A stretch of 40,980 nucleotides of DNA. It comes from an uncultured Oscillospiraceae bacterium (GTDB taxonomy: Bacteria; Bacillota; Clostridia; Oscillospirales; Oscillospiraceae). Below are positions 10,601-16,326 of the stretch, one piece after another. The notes below the pieces were generated by a model. That model had not been told where the DNA came from. It searched no databases and saw nothing but the letters and a program-made list of their open reading frames with translations. Each line of letters begins with the position of its first letter. Position 1 is the first letter of the stretch. The stretch covers positions 1 to 40,980 of the forward strand of contig CANQIH010000001.1 in assembly GCA_947624035.1 (NCBI GenBank). Direction: 5' to 3'. The translations under genes and the position numbers were made by a program.

Positions 10601-11483
10601 TGAAGGTGTCCTCGATGGGGTCCTTGATGCCGGTGCTCTCCGTCACGTTGTGGGTGACACGCTCCAGCGTCCGCTGCATGTCCTTGTACTCGTAGCCCAT
10701 CTGGCTGAACTTGTAGCTGAAGTCATACAGCTTCTGGTGCTCCACTTCGCCCAGCTTGACGGGAGGCGCCTTGCCCTGGGCCGTGGCGGCCTCAGCCGCC
10801 GCCTGGTCCGTGGTGGCGATGACTTCATCCACCACCTGGTTGACGGCCTGTTGGTCCGTGATGTTGTCGCGCACGATGTGGATCTTGATGTCGTTGACTA
10901 CCAGGGTCGCCTGATCCTGGCCCACAGTATCCGCGATCTCGCCCGTGAGCACCAGCTCCTGGTTGGCCAGTTCCTTCTTCGCCGGGTCCAGTGTCTGGCC
11001 GCTGCCGGCCTCATAGGCCATCATGACGCCCGTCAGGGCGCCGGTGCCGGACACCTCATAGGGCGCGGCCGTCAGCACCTCGCAGTTGAACACACCGGAG
11101 GTGGACAGGGTCGTGGCGATCATGTTGCAGTTGACGTAGTTCATGTTCGCCGTCTTGACCTGGATGCCGCCGCTGTCCGTAAGGCGCACCAGCGCACAGC
11201 TGAGCGTGACCGTACCGATCTGCTCGTCGGATATGAGGCCGCCCAGCTGCGCACGCTCGTCCGCGTTGGTGATGGTGATGGTCTTCACCTGCGACTCCGT
11301 GACGCCAAAATACTGCGTGATATACGCCCGCTGCTCCGCCGACAGATCCGCGCCCAGCGTCAGCACGATCGTCGACTGAGCGGGTGTCGCATCGGCAGCG
11401 GCGGACGGCGCCAGGCCTGCCAGAAGAGCGCACATCAGAAGCGCCGTCAGGCAGCGTTGGATCATCCTGTTTCTCCTTTGCAT
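7617..11483 (-). CDS. Large secreted protein: signal peptide, DUF1002-like domain, two ~400-aa WG-repeat (KWG-type) blocks, P/E-rich linker, C-terminal helical module
   Basis: Signal peptide ...LLAGLAPSAAADA. LGADLSAEQRAYITQYFGV...QIGT...VSGTGALTGVMMAYE resembles YpuA/DUF1002. Repeated YGVMDRYGNIIVPAEFD, NGVMDVNGNVVVPLEYD and LLDWHGNVLL motifs are WG-repeat like. The alternative start at 11465 also has a good RBS. Confidence 0.8.
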   Translation of the reverse strand: MQRRNRMIQRCLTALLMCALLAGLAPSAAADATPAQSTIVLTLGADLSAEQRAYITQYFGVTESQVKTITITNADERAQLGGLISDEQIGTVTLSCALVRLTDSGGIQVKTANMNYVNCNMIATTLSTSGVFNCEVLTAAPYEVSGTGALTGVMMAYEAGSGQTLDPAKKELANQELVLTGEIADTVGQDQATLVVNDIKIHIVRDNITDQQAVNQVVDEVIATTDQAAAEAATAQGKAPPVKLGEVEHQKLYDFSYKFSQMGYEYKDMQRTLERVTHNVTESTGIKDPIEDTFTTLDDDTGLDVNSILLSTEDNVLGADAVITATNRVALGDHPAEPIDVFTGDVTLEKSGSVKVTGFIGGTNDIAYQDVSGLYALMDLNGNLLTEPVYGRSFDGKYGNIQTWMADGSGTGLLADNGDILIPFQYNELQVISEKWAVGITLTEGTEEDYDYYNWDGDHFQIASADVYYLDGENSALVSTLTRDAYGDTRASGDYLNIQDRSGVITTYDPSFTPLRTAEYMSDFGDYEESDVLSELLSDSTGYGVYSFRGNYAEFYDWNTSKYGVMDRYGNIIVPAEFDRIDYDMDDFAYENGGYFSGEKDGQFVYITAGGTVTAAFAHSSSDVYCYGMSAQYKGEDGSYTILSGDGVEKSLGTTYGYLSSISGSKGMFWVGRSDSSYDLLDWHGNVLLSGSDGYSLSANGNYLIAQDGYTSSTLYLVNGASPVALAGSVGGAVEVEAASLEAASLDAYTGDPQLELIGDTVGREFVSGTDLLLGTNDGHNYALIDVSGQQLTEPVYLHYFSCDEGWLIANREVGGQEKCGVVSQRGLEIIPCEYDKITVLDENWIVAYRFQNTATEDDYDFSGYDSSIRDLVYYYIDEAVIYHIDGAELTSVKLTRDQFDDAAAEGDYLNIRDRTTGTVTTYDGTFTAVGTVRNLSDFSAYSSMYVLRESLKDSTGYTIFDDEFPDGYTRIYDGDTMLNGVMDVNGNVVVPLEYDDVLIRFISNEHHVWANGYFAVEKGGMTGYVNGQGQVTCELRYPSDDFSNYGMAGIYKEADGTYTLVAADGTETKGFETLYAQGNGKLFKTHDGDGVSLLDWHGNVLLEGTYDVGVSDDCRFVVAQMRDGANKLYAVDGASVEEAVAVGAIELPEGEEPEASAPESESQAEPEAAPETTPEQAAAPTPEPTPEQETSPAPETSVGDETEAPAGEGQGQSAAAGLLTSAAALVEADFDANTDSVLVLLQQAKTILDTENPDAAAVVNSAITLLGSGVADADSISTLISTAQGML
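7855..8045 (-). repeat. Low-complexity Pro/Glu/Ala/Thr linker-coding tract
   Basis: Encodes EGEEPEASAPESESQAEPEAAPETTPEQAAAPTPEPTPEQETSPAPET.... Confidence 0.7.
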
Positions 11484-11507
11484 CGTGTTTGCCTCCTGTA
11501 TGTAAAC

Positions 11508-13136
11508 TCACAAAAAGACTCCGTTTGCGCGCACAGAGCCAAGACACTCAAAGCTGATCTCCTTGATGACGCCATACTCGCAGATGATGGACACCGCGCT
11601 GTAGTAAGGCGCGTCGTTGCGGATGAGCACATAGCCGTTGCAGCCGTCGTCCCGGACGTTGCAGGCGTACAAAAGCTCGTTGCCCCGGAAGCCGGCCACG
11701 CCGTCCAGCGGCTTTCCGGCAAACTCCGGGAAGCCCTTGAGGATGTCGCTCTCCGCGCCTCCTACCCGCACGCCGCCCGGCAGGGTGACGTCCGCATATG
11801 TGCCCTGGGTGTCGATGAGCGCCGTCAGGATGCAGTCAGACGCCGCGGCGGGTTGGCCGGTCATGTTGGTGACGCCGATCATCTCTTTGTAGGGCAAATT
11901 CTCAAAATAGTAGTACTGCGTGTTGACGATCTCCGTCCACTGTCCGTCCGCCATATCCGCGCTGCTGTGGAAGTCATAGGGGATGACAGTCTGCCGGTCC
12001 AGCCGCAGGTCCGCCTCCGCCATGTCCCTCACGGCGGTGGGAAACTGATATGTGTGTCCGTTGATCTCATAGAGGAACGTGCCCATGTCGCCCTGGGGCG
12101 TGTCCTCCGCGGCCGGGGCGGGCGTCTCCACCAACTCCGGTGTGGGCTGGGCAGTTGGTTCTGCCAGTTCAGGTGTGGGCTGGGCCGCCGGCTCTGCTTG
12201 TTCCGGCTCGGGCGTGGGCTGGGCCGTCAGCACCTCCTGGACCATCTGCTCTGTGCCGACCTCCGTACTGCCCACCACCTGCTGGTACATCGGGAAATAG
12301 TCGTAGGCCGTTTGCTGCCCCTGCATGAGCTCGATGGCGAACACTGTCTGATCATAGGCGAAGCACACCGTCTCACAGGTGAACTGGTTGGCGCCCACCA
12401 TCATGGTGAAGTCCAACCGCCGGGCGGGCAGTTCCGCCGCGGTAGCGTCCTCGGAGGCGAACGCCGTGGTCACGCTCATGTTGGCGATGTTCTTCGCGTA
12501 GCTGTCCAGCGCCTCGGCCTCGCTGCTTCCCTCCATCGGGACATAGCTGATGGTCAGCGTCCCCGCCGCCGGACTGATGGCGCCGGAGTCGTTTACCGGC
12601 GAATAGGACGTCAGTGCCCGCCCGGAGGCGTTGTTGCCCCAGCCCCCCGGCACACTCACAAGGACCGGGTCCCGCAGGACCGTCCGCACGAAGGACGCGG
12701 CCTCATAGACCGGCAGGCCCAGCTCCGAGACAGCGGCCTCTACCGCGGCGCTCACAGATGGCTGCGCCGTTGCCTGCGCGGGTGTATCCGGCACCGGGGT
12801 CTCCTGCGCCGGCGCATCCTGGGCGGCCGGCTGGCTGTCCACCACCGACCGCAGCAAAGCGGCCACCGAGGCGGCGTCCGCTGCCCCCGTATCCAGAAGG
12901 GTGATGACGCTTCTCAGCGTCGCCGCTACCGGGTCGTCCTCCTCCAGCGCGTCCACGCACTGCTGCAGCAGCAGCCGCACCGTCTCGCTGTTTGCGTCCA
13001 GATCCAGTTCTGTCAGGGCCAGCGCCGTGTTGACCTGATCCGCTATAGCGCCGCTGGCGGCCTCCGCCCTGGCAGCCGGGCCAAGGCACATGGCCGCTGC
13101 CAGCAGCGCGGCGGCAAGCCGTCTCAGTCGATTCAT
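11508..13136 (-). CDS. Secreted protein of unknown function (N-terminal helical module, PE-rich linker)
   Basis: Signal peptide MNRLRRLAAALLAAAMCLGPAARAEA. The ATG at 13136 overlaps the upstream TGA (ATGA) and has GGGGGAG upstream; the track start at 13142 is GTG. No recognisable catalytic motif. Confidence 0.75.
   Translation of the reverse strand: MNRLRRLAAALLAAAMCLGPAARAEAASGAIADQVNTALALTELDLDANSETVRLLLQQCVDALEEDDPVAATLRSVITLLDTGAADAASVAALLRSVVDSQPAAQDAPAQETPVPDTPAQATAQPSVSAAVEAAVSELGLPVYEAASFVRTVLRDPVLVSVPGGWGNNASGRALTSYSPVNDSGAISPAAGTLTISYVPMEGSSEAEALDSYAKNIANMSVTTAFASEDATAAELPARRLDFTMMVGANQFTCETVCFAYDQTVFAIELMQGQQTAYDYFPMYQQVVGSTEVGTEQMVQEVLTAQPTPEPEQAEPAAQPTPELAEPTAQPTPELVETPAPAAEDTPQGDMGTFLYEINGHTYQFPTAVRDMAEADLRLDRQTVIPYDFHSSADMADGQWTEIVNTQYYYFENLPYKEMIGVTNMTGQPAAASDCILTALIDTQGTYADVTLPGGVRVGGAESDILKGFPEFAGKPLDGVAGFRGNELLYACNVRDDGCNGYVLIRNDAPYYSAVSIICEYGVIKEISFECLGSVRANGVFL
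12108..12232 (-). repeat. Tandem repeat of about 36 nt encoding AQPTPE(L/P).. units
   Basis: Encodes AQPTPEPEQAEPAAQPTPELAEPTAQPTPELVETPAPAAE. Confidence 0.7.
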
Positions 13137-14419
13137 TGCCACACTCCCCCATAGCTCTCAAGCGCCGTGGGCGCCAGGGCGAACACGGCCGGGTCGGGAT
13201 CGCCTGTGCCGTCCTCCTCCAGCCGGATATGCACGCTCTCGCCCACAAGCGAGAACTGATACATCCAGTCCTTCGTCTGGTAGGTATACTCGTCCCCCGG
13301 CACGAAGTGGCGGATCCGGTCGGTGGAAACCAGGAACAGGTAGTGGTCGATGAGGTCCCGGTAGACCGGGTCCTCCAGCGCCTCCATGAAGTAGCTGTAG
13401 CCGTTCATGGCCGGGTCCAGGCTGTTCTCCAGGCTGTCCTGATCGTCCCAGGTGGTGTCCACCTCATACCACGCCCCGTCCATCTTCACCAGGCTCCAGG
13501 CGTGGCGGCCCATATCCTCCGGCGAGGCCCCGGCCATGCCGCCGATGAAGGCGGTATCGATGCCGCACTGCTGCAAAAGATACTCGAAGGCCAGGGAGTA
13601 CCCGTCGCACACCGCGTAATTGGGGTTTCCGGCGGAGTCCGTCACCAGTGCGCCGTAGGCGGTGTGGGCCAGGTCCTGCCCAGTCCTGAAAATGCTCAGG
13701 TCCTCCGCCACCGGATCGTCGTAGTCCACGAGCCCGATGAGCTTGTCGTGGACCTGGCGAATGGTCTCGTATTCCGAGATGCTCGTGTCTATGTCCGCGA
13801 GAAAGGCGTCAGCCGCCGCGTTGAAGGCCGTCATCTGGGGCACGAAATTCTCGAATGGCTCCATCATCATGAAGTAGACGAAGTAAAAGCCGTTTTGAAC
13901 CACCGCCTCGGAGGAGAAGCACATATCGGCCTCCTCCCGGGAGTACAGCCAGAACAGCTCCGGGTGGTCAAAGCAGATCGACCGGTATGCCAGCTCGAAC
14001 TCGTAGTAGAATTCGTCGCCCTGCGGGTCCATATCCGTCATCATGAGGCCGATGTTACCGGGGCTCACCGGGTCCTTCGCCACGCCGTACATCACGTCGT
14101 ATATCTGTTTGGCGATGGGGTCCAGGTTGTTGTAATAGTAATAGTTCTCCGCCCGGTTGACCAGCAGGCTGTCCTCCTGGGGCGTGTAGGCGGCCATTTG
14201 GGCGTTCAGGTCCTGGGCCTCCGAGGCGGTCAGCATCTCCATGGGCTGAGAGGGCGTGCGGACGGCCATGTCGCCGGTGGGCATGACGATGCCGCCGGTC
14301 TCCAGCTCATTCGCCGCCTCCGCCGCCGCAGGCGGGAACATGAGCGCAGCCGTCAAAAGGCACAGGACGCACTGGACCGCCAGTCTCCTTCTCACATCCA
14401 TCCGCTCCTTCCTCTTCAT
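13133..14419 (-). CDS. Exported transglutaminase-like cysteine-protease-fold protein
   Basis: MKRKERMDVRRRLAVQCVLCLLTAALMFPPAAAEA is a signal peptide. AVCDGYSLAFEYLLQQCGIDTAF...GRHAWSLVKMDGAWYEVDTTWDD gives a Cys...His...Asp core. Start set to the ATG at 14419, 7 nt after the kinase stop; the track extension to 14527 would overlap the kinase gene. Confidence 0.8.
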   Translation of the reverse strand: MKRKERMDVRRRLAVQCVLCLLTAALMFPPAAAEAANELETGGIVMPTGDMAVRTPSQPMEMLTASEAQDLNAQMAAYTPQEDSLLVNRAENYYYYNNLDPIAKQIYDVMYGVAKDPVSPGNIGLMMTDMDPQGDEFYYEFELAYRSICFDHPELFWLYSREEADMCFSSEAVVQNGFYFVYFMMMEPFENFVPQMTAFNAAADAFLADIDTSISEYETIRQVHDKLIGLVDYDDPVAEDLSIFRTGQDLAHTAYGALVTDSAGNPNYAVCDGYSLAFEYLLQQCGIDTAFIGGMAGASPEDMGRHAWSLVKMDGAWYEVDTTWDDQDSLENSLDPAMNGYSYFMEALEDPVYRDLIDHYLFLVSTDRIRHFVPGDEYTYQTKDWMYQFSLVGESVHIRLEEDGTGDPDPAVFALAPTALESYGGVWQ

Positions 14420-14426
14420 CCCGCTG

Positions 14427-16277
14427 TCACTGCAGCGCCCACACGGCGGAGATGACCACGTCGTTGGCTGGCATGGTGAAGGTGAACTCGTCCTCCTCCA
14501 CGACGCCCTGCACACCGGGCAGACCAAACGCCGTCCAGCCCGAAAAGCTCTTGCCGGCGGTCACCGGCTCGTGGGTGACGGTGACGATATCGCCCGCCGC
14601 GAAATAGCCGCTGCTGCCGCCCGTGGCAAGTATGCCGCCGTTGACCTGCACGCTGTATCCCGTCACCGGCTCCGGCGTGGGCGTCGCGGGTTCAGGCGTG
14701 ACCACGGGCTCCGGCGTAGGCGCCGCGGGCTCCGGGGTGATCACAGGCTCCGGCGTTGCTGCCGCGGGCTCCTGTGTATCCGCCGCAGGCTCCGGTGTGG
14801 CATCCAAGGCTGCATAGACCGCCGCCATGACCACATCCTCAGCCGGCATGGTGAAGCGCACGGTCTGGGCTGTCAGCTCTGCCTCCTCCAGGCCCGGATC
14901 CCCGCTGACGATCATCCAATGCGTGAACTGCGCAGAGCCGTCGTCCTCAGACCCACGGTCCGCCGTCACCTCCACCGTCTGCCCCGCCGCGTAGCGCCCG
15001 TCCCCGGTGCCGTTGCTGACGGTCAGCATGTACTGCACGGCCGTACCGGCCGTATCATCCGCACCCTTCCCAGGGAGCAGCACTACCGCCAGAACGGCAC
15101 AGAGCAAGACAGCTGCGGCGATCAGGAGCAGCTTTTTCCCGCCGCCCTTTTTTGTCTTTCCGGCGGCAGGCGGCGCCCCGCGGTCCCCGGTCTCTTTGTC
15201 CGGCACAGACCCGTCCGCGGCCGGTCCCGGGTCCGGGACCTTCTCTTGCTGGTGTGCGGGCCGTCTCTCGTCCAGGACGGTCTTGTCCTCCGCCGCGCCC
15301 ATCTCCGGCTGTTTGGGTATGACCACGGTCTTGTCCGGGTCCTCGGCCCGGGGCAGCACTTCCGAAGCCGCGGGGCGGCAGCGCTCCAGGTCCCGGAGCA
15401 GCTCCGAGGCGTTCTGATACCGGTCCTCCGGGCGGAAGGCACACATCTTCAGTACGACCTGCCCCAGCTCCGGTGACACCAGCGCCGGCATTGGCAGCGG
15501 CGTCTCTCCCGAAAGCCGCTCTGTGAGGGCCCTCTCCCGGTCCGCGGCGGTATAGGCGTCCGTCGGGTAGAAGGGCAGCCGGTTGCGGTTGAGGGCCTTA
15601 TACAGCACCAGACCGAGGGAATAGATATCCGCCGTGCCGTCATACCGCACGCCCCGATGGACCTCCGGCGCCATATAGTTTTCCGTGCCCTTGATGGATA
15701 GCTCGCCGGAGCTGCTGTCATAGGCCCGCGCGATGCCAAAGTCGCCAAGCTTATAGCCGCCGAATTGATTGACGAAGATATTGCCCGGCTTGATATCCCG
15801 GTGGATGATGCTCTTCTCCTCAAAGAGCGCCAGGGCCTTCGCCAGCTCCACGCCCAGCCGGTGCACGTCCGCCTCCGTGGCGCCGTGTTCCCGCTGGTGC
15901 TCCAAGAGCGGCGTCAGCAGCTCCATGCGGATAAGCACGTACCACTGCATGGCGTCCGGCTCCTTGATGACCTTATAGTCCTCGCAGCTCACGATATAGG
16001 GAAAGCCCTTCATGGAGACCATGATCTTGATCTCGTCGATCAGGCTGTCGACCACGCTCTGGAAATAGGCCGTGACGGAGCGCTCGTCCATGCCCTCGGC
16101 CCGCAGCGTCGATACAGTCGATGGGTCCTGCGGCACACGCACCACCTTCAGCGCCGACGTGAGAGAGACGCTTTGGTCGTTTTTCCGTATCTCAAAGACC
16201 TCGCCGCTGGCGCCGCGGCCGAGCCGGCGGACGATCCGCCAGTCGTCAAATACTAAGCTGCCGTTCTGAAAATCCAT
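14427..16277 (-). CDS. Receptor Ser/Thr protein kinase with extracellular Listeria-Bacteroides-repeat-like domains (STK-3)
   Basis: Hanks motifs GRGASGEV, ALKVV, HRDIKPGNIF, GDFGIARA and GTENYMAPE. One TM (LLLIAAAVLLCAVLAVVLL). Two ~70-aa beta-rich repeats separated by a TPEP linker. RBS is AGGAGAAGG. Confidence 0.9.
   Translation of the reverse strand: MDFQNGSLVFDDWRIVRRLGRGASGEVFEIRKNDQSVSLTSALKVVRVPQDPSTVSTLRAEGMDERSVTAYFQSVVDSLIDEIKIMVSMKGFPYIVSCEDYKVIKEPDAMQWYVLIRMELLTPLLEHQREHGATEADVHRLGVELAKALALFEEKSIIHRDIKPGNIFVNQFGGYKLGDFGIARAYDSSSGELSIKGTENYMAPEVHRGVRYDGTADIYSLGLVLYKALNRNRLPFYPTDAYTAADRERALTERLSGETPLPMPALVSPELGQVVLKMCAFRPEDRYQNASELLRDLERCRPAASEVLPRAEDPDKTVVIPKQPEMGAAEDKTVLDERRPAHQQEKVPDPGPAADGSVPDKETGDRGAPPAAGKTKKGGGKKLLLIAAAVLLCAVLAVVLLPGKGADDTAGTAVQYMLTVSNGTGDGRYAAGQTVEVTADRGSEDDGSAQFTHWMIVSGDPGLEEAELTAQTVRFTMPAEDVVMAAVYAALDATPEPAADTQEPAAATPEPVITPEPAAPTPEPVVTPEPATPTPEPVTGYSVQVNGGILATGGSSGYFAAGDIVTVTHEPVTAGKSFSGWTAFGLPGVQGVVEEDEFTFTMPANDVVISAVWALQ
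14658..14800 (-). repeat. Tandem TPEP-type repeat-coding tract
   Basis: Encodes TPEPAADTQEPAAATPEPVITPEPAAPTPEPVVTPEPATPTPEPV. Confidence 0.7.
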
Positions 16278-16326
16278 AAAGTCCTTCTCCTGGTCGGAAG
16301 CGTGGCGGCGCTATGGCCGCCCGCCG

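Noticed and set aside
8190-13154. 1654-aa plus-strand ORF (the largest in the track for this region)
   Set aside because: It is antisense to two well-supported minus-strand genes. The translation is a low-complexity R/G/H/V/L/A-rich string with no motif. This is a typical stop-free antisense frame in high-GC DNA.
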